This document shows positions 13,970 through 26,397 of a stretch of DNA of 64,000 nt, one piece after another. Numbering within the stretch: position 1 is the stretch's first letter; each line of letters begins with the position of its first letter. The stretch spans positions 60,822,001-60,886,000 of the forward strand of contig OX597830.1 in the NCBI GenBank assembly GCA_951406725.2, given 5' to 3'. The DNA comes from Octopus vulgaris (taxonomy: Eukaryota). A model generated the notes under the pieces. The model made no database searches. It saw nothing but the letters and a program-made list of their open reading frames with translations, and was not told the DNA's origin. The position numbers were made by a program, and so were the translations under genes.

Positions 13970-14607
13970 CATATATATATATATATATTGTACTTGGGGA
14001 TGGTCATTTTATTTTTTGCTTCCTTGCCAAATAAACACACACACATTTTTTTCCTTTTCTACACTCGTTTATTACTTTTATTTTATTTTTTGAATGCCTG
14101 TCCATTGTCAGGAAATCTTTCATCACACATCTGTGACCTCTTCAGCCACTTTTCGCTTCCATGTGTGTTCTTGCACCCACTCCATTCTGTTCTTCTAAGA
14201 TGTGTATCTTTATGTGTGTATGCGTTTGTGTCCTTGTGTGTGTGCGCGTCCGTGTGTGTTTGCGTGTATGTGTATGGGTGTGTGTGTGTCATAGTTTTTA
14301 GGAGCAGTGTGGCCTACCCCTCAACCCCAACCTCTCACCCCATGGTGCTGCTGCTGTTCTAAGACCCGAGAAAAAAAGGGGAAGATACAGTTCCTGTGTT
14401 CCTCTCTGTATGTGTGTTTGTCCATGGTGTTGCTATCATGGTAGTTGTTGTTGTTATTGCCATCTTTGGTACTGCTACTGCTGCTGACCATGTTAGTTGG
14501 GTTGTTGACAGCATGCAGCTGTCCATGAGGTTTCATGGTCGTGTATGTGGGTTTGCTTTGTGTGTATCCATGCCCTTTATATAGTTTTAATTATTTTACC
14601 TATCTCG

Positions 14608-15021
14608 GATCTTTTTGGTTTGAACGGCAGTTTTTTTCTAGCGGTGTCATATGAAATTGTCACCCATAATTATGACCCTAGTATCGATCTATTGCATTTC
14701 AATATGTTTTAGGGTTAGGCTTAGGGGTTGGGGAAGGGTATCTTTTTCCTTCAGAAATGTAAATAAACCCAATCTGTTTCTTAAACGAGGGACATATTCA
14801 TACGGCAAAGAATGATTTTTACCTCAATGGACATCATCGATTGGTTGAAATTGCAGAAATTGAAGAAAAAAAAACAACAAATATCTTACAAACTATAGAA
14901 TTTTCTCAATAAAGCCAAGAGAAAAGATGCTTTATAAACACATTCTACCAGTATACGAAGTTTAAAATTTTTTAGTTACCTAGAAATTATGTTAAAAACT
15001 GCCATTCAAACCGAAAAGATC
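14608..15021. mobile_element. MITE with terminal inverted repeats
   Basis: gatctttttggtttgaacggcagt ... actgccattcaaaccgaaaagatc. Confidence 0.8.
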
Positions 15022-15149
15022 TGTTTTCTTTATTCTTCCTTCTTTCCTCTCTCTTCAAATCACTACTGTCTTTAGTCATGTGGTGTGATGTGGTGAAGGG
15101 TGTTACTGTTCCATTCATGTTTTCTACTGAGGCTCTGTCTGTCTACTGT

Positions 15150-15450
15150 TATGTGTGTAGCCTCTGTGATCTGTCTAAGTGTCGTGTCAGTTCTATGTGT
15201 GCTTCAACCTCTATGTTATTAATTGAACCGACATGCTCTACCTGAGCATGTTGGTAGAGCACTGACGAGCTTTTCCCTTTTCCGAGCTCTGGCCAATGTT
15301 CACCTGTACACTCCCCTATGCTGTGTGCAGTCTTTCCTATGTAGGTAGTTATGTTTCTGCACCGGCCCCCAGTAAATCGTAAGCTATACACTATATTCCT
15401 AACCTTACACATAACCTGTGGCTTCATCCCGCATGCATCACAATTGTACT
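15150..15450 (-). mobile_element. Penelope-like element GIY-YIG endonuclease fragment (degenerate)
   Basis: CKVRNIVYSLR...TTYIGKT...EH...SVLYQH...EH. Confidence 0.8.
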
Positions 15451-15873
15451 CCATACAGGCAGGGATGACTTATCAAAGAGATAGATTTGACAGATCAGGG
15501 ATTTTAAAGGAGCACCAGGCCTCTCCACTACTTTAATTCATAGATTAGCCTTAATGTTTTTCTAAACAGGTGTGCAAGTTCGCTGCCAAGGGTAGCATCG
15601 ACGAACATGACACTCACGTATTTTTTGCTGTCATACCAAGTGTTGGCCCTATTTATCTTATTACTGGTCCTTTCCATGCTGATCCTGGATTTACTCCTGT
15701 ACAGTGGGCAGATCTCCTAAGCATCACTCTCTATGATGGCTCCTTTGTACTTAGTCCCTGGCTCCTTTGTACACTCTAATCCTGTTCCTTTGCCTGTAGC
15801 CAGACAACTGCATGCGGTGGATGAAGCATTGTATGAGTCTTTCCAATTCCATAGGGTCGCACACATGAGACAC

Positions 15874-15916
<43 letters not shown>

Positions 15917-16668
15917 TATATATATATACATATACATATATATATATCAGAGGCATGTAAAAAGCACCATTCGAGCGTGGTTGATGCCAGTGTCGCCTGA
16001 CTGGCCCCCATGCCAGTGACACATAAAAAGCACCCACTACACTCTCAGAGTGGTTGGCATTAGGAAGGGCATCCAGCTGTAGAAACTCTGCCAGATGAGA
16101 TTGGAGTCTGGTGCAGCCATCTGGTTCGCCAGACCTCAGTCAAATCGTCCAACCCATGCTAGCATGGAAAGTGGACGTTAATCGATGATGATGATGATAG
16201 CAATAATAAATCTCTGAGCGAGATGTAAATAGTAGCAGCACAACCAGTGCCCAATCAGTATTTGTGAAGGGAAATCATGGTTCCCATCTCTAGCCTTACG
16301 TGATACACACGGACTCGAGTTTCACTACTCAGAAATCCAGGTCCATGTGTATCACATAAGACTAGAGATGGGATCGGACACAAACAGTATGTTGTTAGCC
16401 AGCTGGAGAAGATGTCATCCTGGGGCTATAAACTACAGTAGCATTGTCCCATATGGGTCAGCCACATTTAGATGACAAATATACTTCACGATAAATATAT
16501 ATATATAAAATAATCAAGGTGGCCAGCAGCAATTTGAAACCAACAAGGAAATAATTCACAGTCACTAAGAGTGACAAGGGTGCAGTGAGCACAAGCATTG
16601 CTAGAAATAGGAGTCGTAAGCTCCTTAGCCACAAAAGCACATAGTCTCTTTGTATTGATAGGGGAGAT

Positions 16669-16722
16669 GCATTAGATTAACATGTTAATTTTGTATAGGA
16701 AATTAATACTCATCAGTAATGC
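16669..16722 (-). ncRNA. Hammerhead ribozyme of a second family, G12A (probably inactive)
   Basis: GCAUUA-CUGAUGA-GUAU..AUAC-AAAA-UUAACAUGUUAA-UC-UAAUGC; all three helices pair. Confidence 0.75.
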
Positions 16723-17005
16723 TCACTCCATCACAGCTGGTAGAGACCAACTCACCCTGTCAATATTATGGAGGATGCCATTGGAATCAGAGACTGATTT
16801 CACAAAATGTGGAAATTATAAAATAATCAAGGTGACTAGCAGTAATTTAAAACCAAGGAAATAATTCACCGTCACTATATATAAACTGACACAGAGTATG
16901 ATCTAAAAAAAAGAAAAAAAGAAAACAACTAGCCTCTCATCTGCATCTTCACAAAAACTGCAATGGTTTTTTATGAGCATGTGGTTTGTATAATTTTTTG
17001 GGGGT

Positions 17006-17398
17006 AGGAGTGGCTGTGTGGTAAGTAGCTTGCTTACCAACCACATGGTTCCGGGTTCAGTCCCACTGCGTGGCATCTTGGGCAAGTGTCTTCTGCTATA
17101 GCCTCGGGCCGACCAATGCCTTGTGAGTGGATTTGGTAGACGGAAACTGAAAGAAGCCTGTCGTATATATTTATATATATATATATATGTATGTGTGTGT
17201 ATATGTTTGTGTGTATGTGTTTGTCCCTCTAGCATTGCTTGACAACCGATGCTGGTGTGTTTACGTCACCGTCACTTAGCAGTTCGGCAAAAAGAGACCG
17301 ATAGAATGAGTACTGGGGTCGATTTGCTCGACTAAAGGCGGTGCTCCAGCATGGCCACAGTCAAATGACTGAAACAAGTAAAAGAGTAAAAAGAGAGA
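17006..17398 (+). mobile_element. tRNA-headed SINE with internal (TA/TG)n (copies near 2793-3127, 13250-13610, 57135-57500, 61844-62240)
   Basis: Box A-like tggctgtgtggt, box B-like ggttcagtccc, shared body, (agtaaaag)n tail. Confidence 0.88.
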
Positions 17399-17707
17399 GG
17401 AAGGAGGCAGGACATTTGATCACAGAATAACCATATTTTGTTTATAGAAATCTCACAGATTGTAGTTTAACATTTGTTACTAGGCTGTTCTGAATTCATG
17501 GAAATATTGCTTATAATTTAAAGCATTGTTATTAAACTTTTGAAAATAGTGACACTAGCCTGGTAGGAGACATATTGATGGGGGATGAATAACCGAGAGG
17601 AAGGATGGAATGATGGTCGGAATTTGGTAAGTTCAGAACTTAAAGTTCATTTATTCGTTATTTCATTAAAGACTGCTGCTTTGGCTGTGCAGACTTAATC
17701 ATGAGTG

Positions 17708-17743
<36 letters not shown>

Positions 17744-18261
17744 GTAAAAAGCACCCACTACACTCGCGGAGTGGTTGGCGTTAGGAAGGGCATCCAGCCG
17801 TAGAAACTCTGCCAGATCAGACTGGAGCCTGGAGCAGCCCCTGGCTTCCCAGACCCCGGTCGAACCGTCCAACCTGTGCTAGCGCGGAAAACGGACGTTA
17901 AACGATGATGATGATATATATATATATACCGTTATATTATATATTATGACATTTATTTCAATTAGGCTATTATACATTTTATTATGTTTATTTAATAGAT
18001 AATTAAATTAAATTAAGAAAATATGAAGTATGCCATAATGATAATTTAACAATCTTGAATAATTTTAATTTATAAATACCTTGCATGATACTCCTCCGGC
18101 TGTTTATGGCTGGCCAAGATCATCCTGCCCAGAGTGCGGAAGGACATCGACATCTTGTTGGGGTTCAGTGTCTTGATCTGTCTGACCATGCTAATTAGCT
18201 GTTAGCAGATTAGTGAAACTGTGCCCACCACTGTGTATATATGTGTATGTGTGTAAATATT

Positions 18262-18545
18262 AAATGGAAATAGTAGTTGTGATACCTGTGCCGGTGGCAC
18301 GTAAAAAGCACCATCCGAATGTGGCTGATGCCAGCGCCGCCTTGACTGGCTTCTGTGCCGGTGGCACGTAAAAAGCACCCACTACACTCACGGAGTGGTT
18401 GGCGTTAGGAAGGGCATCCAGCTGTAGAAACACTGCCAGATCAGACTGGAGCCTGGTGCAACCTCCTGGCTTCCCAGACCCCGGTCGAACTGTCCAACCC
18501 ATGCTAGCACAGAAAACGGATGTTAAATGATGATGATGATGATGA
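18262..18545 (+). mobile_element. RTE 3'UTR fragment (similar copies near 15950-16198, 17743-17915, 56840-57107, 60350-60727)
   Basis: gtggttggcgttaggaagggcatccagctgtagaaa...ccaacccatgctagca...(atg)n, homologous to 3323-3700. Confidence 0.85.
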
Positions 18546-18879
18546 TACACACACACACGTTTTTATATAATTGTTTTGCAAGATTTTTGATGTGAACAGG
18601 AGGAGACACATGGGATGGAGGGTCACAGGTGTATGATGAAAGATTTCAGACATTGGGAACTACATGCAGTGGTAGCATGTTGTCAACAAATAGGTCTACA
18701 ATCTTTCTGTCCACCATAGACTGATGGATGTCAGTGCCAGAGGTTTGGGCAAACGCTTCGCCAATCCTGGGCTGGCATAATTCCTTTGTTCATGTGATAA
18801 CTAGCTACTGGCACTGCTACCAGAAGATTGCCTGTGTTTCGCATGAGAAGAGCCGGCCTTGATCCTCTTCTCAAACTAG

Positions 18880-19150
18880 ATGGCATGTGCTTGGTGTTTC
18901 CTCGACATGTGACTTCAAGTTGTAGAGGCTCGCTGCTTGTCCCCTAATAGTGGTCACTTTGGGCTGGTACATGATGCACTGGAAGTACAGGATTTTGGCA
19001 TTCCTCTTATCCCTTAATAAGAGGTGGGGCCATGGCTTCTGAGATGCCTGGGTCTCAACCTGAGTGGCTTCTGCCTCACCCACAGCCGTTGCAGACTCCT
19101 CAACAGGCCCTTCATCCTCAGGCCCAACAAAAACGTTTTCCCCTTCCATA
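18880..19150 (-). mobile_element. hAT-like BED-finger remnant
   Basis: KPWPHL...FQC...SLYNLKSHVE. Confidence 0.45.
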
Positions 19151-20270
19151 ATGATAAGTGATAACTTGATGAGTCAATAATGTACACTGCTGTTGCTGAT
19201 ACCGAAAGACTGTCAGCAATGGGACAACGTCGTAAGTGAACACAGCTCAAAACAGCAGAATTACACAATACTGCTCAGCTGACTATCTGTATGCATGACA
19301 AGATGTGATTGGTTGATGCAACAGCAGCCAGCTGAGCAGCATTGTGTAATTCTGCAGTTTTGAGTTATGTTATTCTTCCTACTACCGTCTGCTCATAACA
19401 ATAAAGCTATTTCATTGAACAAGAGGGTTCTCTTTCATTTTGCAAGCTAGAAATTGAGCTTCACACATACTGGTGCTATAGAATAAAGCAGAAATAAAGT
19501 GGAATTTAAGAGAGCTGATAACAAGGCACTTCTTCTATAGTGTTGGTGCTATAAAAAATGCACCTTGTAATCTCTGTAAAGTGGTTGACATTAAGAATGG
19601 CATCCAATCATAGAATGCATGCTTGAACTGAGACACTGGAGCAAAACATTAACCTCTGGTCTGTTGGTTTCTGTTGAACCAGCATGGAAAACAGACATAA
19701 ACTGCTGCTGCTGTATGTATGTATATATATATATATATATATATATACAGATGAGATCCAGAGATTATCCATATATTCCATCTTTTAACTACACTACATT
19801 AAGATCTGCAACATAAGATCTTCTCTACCCTAGTGACGGAGGCTCATCTTATCCAATGTTGATTGTGTCCATTACAGCCACATATTGTGATGAACTAAAT
19901 CTACCATCATTGTTATGGATTGCCGACCTCCCAGAAATGGCTGTCAGAGTTATAACACCTTTCTTCCATTCAATTAATTTTCTCTCTTGTTTGTATTCTG
20001 TGTAAGCTGGACATATTATAAAATATCTATATATTTACATTTAAAAATTCAGCAACTGAAAGTCTCCACCTTTTGCATGTATACATAGATAGGTATATTG
20101 TTGACAGCATAAGAATAAACTTTCAAGACAACACGAAATAATTTTTTTTGAAATAGTATATGCATCTTGAAACACCCAGCGTTTCCATACTATTATTTAT
20201 AGTTTTACATGATCACTTTAAGATATATTATTCCCAAAAGAAAATATATATATACACACACACATATATA

Positions 20271-21137
20271 CAGCGTGCTATGGGTAGATTGTTACCGTTT
20301 TATATTTTCAATTTCACGTATGTGCATTGTTTGTTTTTGATTTTGTTGACTACACAGTATAGTAGGGTCAGTTGGATAACATTTGTGAGAAAAACAGCAC
20401 CATGACACAATTTACTCTGCCAGAAATTTGGAAATGTCATGCTCTACTGCTTGGCATTCACACTGGAATCTCCACTACAAACATTTCAGTTTTTGGGTGT
20501 CAATTTGAGGATATGTACTGAGGATGATACAAATCAAACATCCATTCACCATCATGTTGTTTGTAGTGACCACTAGTGATGGTGGCGTTATGCCTCCATT
20601 CATCTTCCCACATGGCCTCAGACTCAACACGGAGATCTTTATAAAGTTCCCAGTGGAGGTAGTGCTGCTCTAGGTCAAGAGGGTGGCTGCTGGAACACCC
20701 TATGTCTAGCAACGGGACTCTGCACCATGCCACACAAGCAGGAGAACCCAGTCATGGATGTCAAACAATTTCTGCGACCACATCACCCCTAACATGTGGC
20801 AACCTAACTCCCCAGACTGCAACCCCCTTGATAATTATGCATGGGGTGCTGCTGAGCAAGAGACCAACAAAAGTTCTTGTAACACCAAAGATGAAGGCAA
20901 GGATTATGGCAGCATTCATCAACTTAAACAAGGAGACCGTCCAGAAGAGTTGCAGGAGATTCCAAAGTTGTCTGGAAGCTGTGATTGAAGCCAATAGTGA
21001 TTTTATTGAATAGATTTACTCTTTAGTATTTCAAGACATTTTTTTTGTAATTTTGGTAAATATTTCTGTTAAAATGACATGTCAGCATTATTTTCATTTT
21101 CGCATAATTTAGACGACAATTTATTCACTGCACCCTG
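20271..21137 (+). mobile_element. Internally deleted Tc1/mariner element
   Basis: TA|CAGCGTGC...GCACCCTG|TA ends; WQPNSPDCNPLDNYAWG motif. Confidence 0.85.
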
Positions 21138-22136
21138 TACATTAGACACTGGCACCGGTGTAGCAGTGTGGTAAGTAGCTTGCTTCCGGGTTTAGTCCCA
21201 CTACATGGCACCTTGGGCAAGTGTCTTCTACTAACAGCTTTGTGAGTTGACTTGGTTGGCGGAGATTGAAAGAATTCCATTATATATATATATATGTGTG
21301 TATGTGTTTGTCTTTGTGCCAGTGGTTGCCCCTCACCAGCGCTTGATGACAGGTATTGCTTTGTTTACAAGCCCATTAGTTAGCAGTTTGGCAAGAAGAC
21401 CAATGGAATAAGTACTAGGGGTCAATTCATTCAACTGGAAATTTTTCAAGGCAGTACCCCAGCATGGCCACATTCTAATAACTGAATCAGATAAATGATA
21501 AATCTGAGCTATATGTATGTACATATGTGTATATATATATATATACTAGCAGAGATACCTGGCGTTGCCTGTATTATATGTGATTGAAGAATTAGGCTTT
21601 TCTGTAATGAACTGGAATACCTATAATTCAAATTTCGTCAAAATTGCGGATGAGGGTTCTTTCCCTCTGTACACACATTTTTTTTCTCTCCTTATTTTCT
21701 GTGTCCCTTTCTGTAGAAGAGCGTAGGCTCAAAACGTAAAAGACTTCTTCTATTCCTGAGCGTTATACTAATACGTTTCTTTTGTACACCACCTGTCTTC
21801 GTCTTTTGCTGTTTTTTTCGTAAACTCTCCCTATATATATCACACACTCACCTGGTCGCACATGTTGATCCTGTCATTTCTTACCACTACGAACTTCTCC
21901 ACTGGACTCTTTATCTACCCTTTACGGATTCTCGTTTGGATATTTACCCTCCGGCTGCACCTCTCCTACCTACGGATCACTGTGGACTCTACTCGTGATG
22001 AGAAATCCTTGCAACACGCCTCGACGTCAAAAAACCTTTGAACTTTACGTAAAACTGTTATTATTGTCATTACTTTATTTTTATACTTTCTAAACTGCCC
22101 TGTGATCGTTAGCCACTACACACATTTTTTTTCTGT

Positions 22137-22178
22137 GTCCCTTTCTGTAGAAGAGCATAGGCTCGAAACGTAAAAGAC
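22137..22178 (+). ncRNA. Minimal hammerhead-like variant in a dispersed TA-embedded repeat (related copies 21703-21744 +, 40685-40723 -, 50757-50795 -)
   Basis: GUCCCUUU-CUGUAGA-A-GAGC(AUAG)GCUC-GAAA-CG-UA-AAAGAC. Confidence 0.45.
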
Positions 22179-22239
22179 TTTTTCTATTCCTGAGTGTTAT
22201 ACTAATACATCTTTTGTTTTTTCGTAAACTCTCCCTATA

Positions 22240-22270
<31 letters not shown>

Positions 22271-23541
22271 TTATATATATATACATAGACACACACACAA
22301 AATGATAAATTGATAGATACATCTGAATGGACAAACAAAAGTATGAGACACTGCCTAGTGCTTTTTTTTAATTTTGATAAACCTGGTAGTTATTCTATTA
22401 GTTTCTTCTTGTGAAACCACTAAGTTATGGGGATGTAAATAAACCAACAGCAGTTGTGAAGCAGTGATGAGGGAGAAACACAGAGACAAAGACACACGCA
22501 TACACTTACATATATATATATACGGTTGATTTCTTTCAATTTCTGTCTACAAAATCAACTGACAAGGCTCTGCTTGGTCTGAGGCTATAGCAGAAGACAC
22601 ATGCCAAGTCACCACACAGTGGGACTGAATCCAGGACCATGTGTTTTGGAACCAAGTTTGTTACCACATAGCCACATCTGCACCTATGTACATATTACAT
22701 ATACATCTACACACATATATATATATATACACATTTGTGCAGATGTATAATATATATATATATGTATGTATGCCTGTATATAAATGAGATAATAGTTTCA
22801 GTAATAAAGTGAAAGTATCTGACATTACAATAGAGAGATGTTTCTCTTTTGACATGTAATACTGAAATAGTGGAGAAGATATGATATTGCTGTGGGCTCG
22901 CACTAGGCAAAAAGTTGAAAACTTTTTTGGCCTATGACACTACATGGACCCTAAGTAAGCCTTGTGTAAAATTTGAATGAAATCGGTTGAGTAGTTCTGA
23001 AGTTTTAGGGATTCACACAGACATTCTCATCTTTATATATATATATATAGATATACAACAGGCCCATGCATTTGCATACACACACAAATCCCCTTGTTAG
23101 GTTACTGGTATACACACACATAATTTTAAGCTGCCCACACACACGCTTGAGCACCTTAGTTCAGCCAGGTCATCACTATTATCTCCCCTTCACTCAACAT
23201 CTTTCTTCCAGTCATTTCATCATGTTGAACTGTTCATCCTTTTACATTTTTTTCTCTCTTTGCCTTTTTTCGCCCTCAGTCCTTTCTATCAAAACGCATT
23301 GGCTCGCAACGTCACAGACTTTTCCACTTTTATCAAGTATGAAACTAATACATCTGCTTTTGCTGATTTTTCACCCGTTTTCTGTAAATCTGAACTCTAT
23401 ATATAAATATATATTAGTTTGTCCTTCAAATTTAATAATGCCCTAGCAACTCCCAAAACTAAATAGATACATTATAACCTAGTTAGTGACCAGGTCACAA
23501 CTGATGCAATGAAAATTTTGATATCAAATAATAATGTTTAA

Positions 23542-23750
23542 CCCTTTAGTATTTAAACCAGCCAAAATAGCTAATCTGTTTTATGTTCAAACTGACCAGA
23601 TCCAGGCCCTCATACCTACCCTACAATGTTATTCTACATTAAGTAATTACACCATCAAGATCTTGAAGATATGAGATAATGCATGATTAATTCAAATCAA
23701 TGGGAATCAATAGGCATTATGTTTGATTGAATAATCTGAACACTAAAGGG
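23542..23750. mobile_element. piggyBac-type MITE (other copies near 24598-24789 and 31033-31134)
   Basis: TTAA|CCCTTTAG...CTAAAGGG|TTAA. Confidence 0.8.
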
Positions 23751-25831
23751 TTAAGGAAACGTTTTGTATAGTTTTGAATGGTTTATATGCCCTCCATGCT
23801 GTAATTGTTTTACTTTTAATACAAAGATTCAGATGAAATCCCTTGTTGGACAAGTACATCTCTTGAAATTTAAATAAAAAATGTGAAAAAGAAATAAAGA
23901 AGAAAAAACAGAAGCTGCCCAAAGTTATTTTTGTATGTTGGTGATCAGTGAAGTCAATGATTTGGTGCCTCAACAGGTGATCATGTGTCCATGCAAGGAA
24001 TCAAAGAACCACGGCTGCTACACTTACACAACACCTTCAATATACCTCAATGTATAGTGCATTGTTGCAAATGTGATACCCTCCAAACTCACACACTATT
24101 ACAATAACAGTCTTGCTGATTGTTGTACCATATTTAGCCATCCATAATAGAATTATGACCATAACTGACCATACGGTGCTTCAACAAGGGCTGCAGTCAT
24201 TCTGTAGTGAAACAGAAAAGTGCAACTACTCCCATCAACACACCTTCCTTGCACATAAAACAACAGAAATGATGGTATTTCAGAGTCAAAAATGTGTGGA
24301 ATACTCCAGCAACAAGACTAATTAGCCATTAATTGTGGGAGGAGGGTCAGTTATGTAGCCCATAATCTTATTCCTCTGATTAATACAATGTATTAAGAAT
24401 GAGCCATGTGCACGATAAATTCCAGACAACTGAACTTGAACAAGAATTTAGGAGACTGCTCACATCAATGAAGATCTCCAGACCACACAGTACCGGCTAA
24501 TTTGGTGTGTTTACACCATAAACCATCATACCAAATGTCTGCCATAAATCATGGTTTCTAAGTCAGAAGGGAGAATATTGGCTGCTGCCAGCTTTAACCC
24601 TTTAGCATTTAAACTGACCACACCTGGTCAAAATTTTTCTACCTGACCTAAGTCCAAATTGACCAGGTCTGGTTTCTCACACCAACCCTACCATATCATT
24701 CTAAAAACAATTAAGTTACCTCATCAAAATTTGTATCTATGAGAACAATTAAGCATTAATTTTGATAGAATAATGTGAATGCTAAAGTGTTAAAGATGTG
24801 GAGACAAAAGCAATTTTTTTTCATGCTTCGTTTGAATGAAAACATGCTAGTGAGCAGACACACAGATATTCAATATTCATATGTACACATTATTGACATT
24901 GACTCCCTTGGGTTTATTTACCCTTCAACAGGTCTTGTTTTTCATCCCACATGACTTCCAAAATCACCAAACTAGATCTGTGTGGTTGCCATCTTAGTCA
25001 CCATATGCAAAACACAGGTTATGTTACCAACGACACTCAGCTGTAATTAACATTCATGCGTCCCACGGCAGCAAGCTGACAACATCCCTTGCACACCAGG
25101 CAAAATGCTTGGCAATATTTCATCTATCTTTACATTCTAAGTTCAAATTCTGTCAAAGTCAACTTTACTTATCATTGTTTCTAGGTAAATAAAATAATTA
25201 CCAGTTGAGTACAGGTATTGATGTATTCAACTTACCCCATCCCTTGAAATTACTGGCCTAATGCCCAAATTTTAAACTAATATTAATTTGTCCTAAGGTA
25301 GCAAGCTGGCAGAAGCATTAGTACACCGGGCGAAATGCTTAGCAGTATGTCATCTGCTGTTACGTTCTGAGTTCAAATTCTGCCGAGGTTGACTTTGCCT
25401 TTCATCCTTTCAGGGTCAATTAAATAAGTACCAGTTACGCACTGAGGTCAATATAATTGACTTAATCCATTTGTCTGTCCTTGTTTGTCTCCTCTGTGTT
25501 TAGCCCCTTTTGGGTAGTAAAGAAATGGGTATTTCATGTCATTACGCTCAGAGTTCAAATACCACAAGCTCGGCAGTATCTTTCATCATTTAAGATTGAT
25601 AAAATACGTACCAGCTGCGCACTGGGGAAATCAATGCAATTGTCTTAATTCCTTCCCTAAAATTGCTGGGCTTGCACCAAAATTTTAAAGCAATATTAAT
25701 TTGTTTTTTTTTCTTTTCATTTTGCTAATTCTTTATATAAAATAATAACAGGAGCAACACAACACATTTCATTAAGCAATTTTTAACAATATAGCAGGCA
25801 TTTATCTAAATTTAATTGCAGCAAGAATTTG

Positions 25832-26397
25832 GGATCTTTTCCTTTTGAACGGCAGACAATTTCTAGTTAACTAAACACTTTAAAACTCCGTATACTGGTA
25901 GAATGTGTCAAAATAAAACATTTTTCTCTTTTGGCTTTGAGAAAATTGTAATTTGTTTGTTTAACGTAGTTTAATTTTTCAAATTTTAACCAATCCTATG
26001 CTCTCTTTTGAGCTAAAATCATTTGCTGCATCTAAAACTGAGACAACTTCCTGTAACTAACCCTAAATTTTTTTTTCTTAATTGTTACGCGTGTAAAAAA
26101 AAACTAGAGCAATGGAATTAATTTAACAATTAATAAAAAAAAATTTAGGGTTAGTTACAGGATATTGTCTCAGTTTTAGATGCAGTAAATGATTTTAGTT
26201 GAATGGAGGTAATCGATTGGTTAAAATTGCCGAAATGCTCGGATTTTCAGACAAAATACCTTACAAACTATAGAATTTTCTCAATAAAACCAAGAGAAAA
26301 TGATGTTTTATAAACACATTCTACCAGTATACGAAGTTTAAAGTGTTTAGTTAACTAGAAATTGTGTTGACATCTGCCGTTCAAAAGGAAAAGATCC
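25832..26397. mobile_element. Long-TIR MITE related to 14608-15021
   Basis: ggatcttttccttttgaacggcaga ... tctgccgttcaaaaggaaaagatcc; imperfectly palindromic throughout. Confidence 0.85.

Noticed and set aside
14710-14730. Telomere-like TTAGGG motifs (also 26059-26150)
   Set aside because: One or two units inside MITEs, not an interstitial telomere array.
17006-17075. tRNA gene
   Set aside because: tRNA-derived head of a multi-copy SINE; no convincing cloverleaf.
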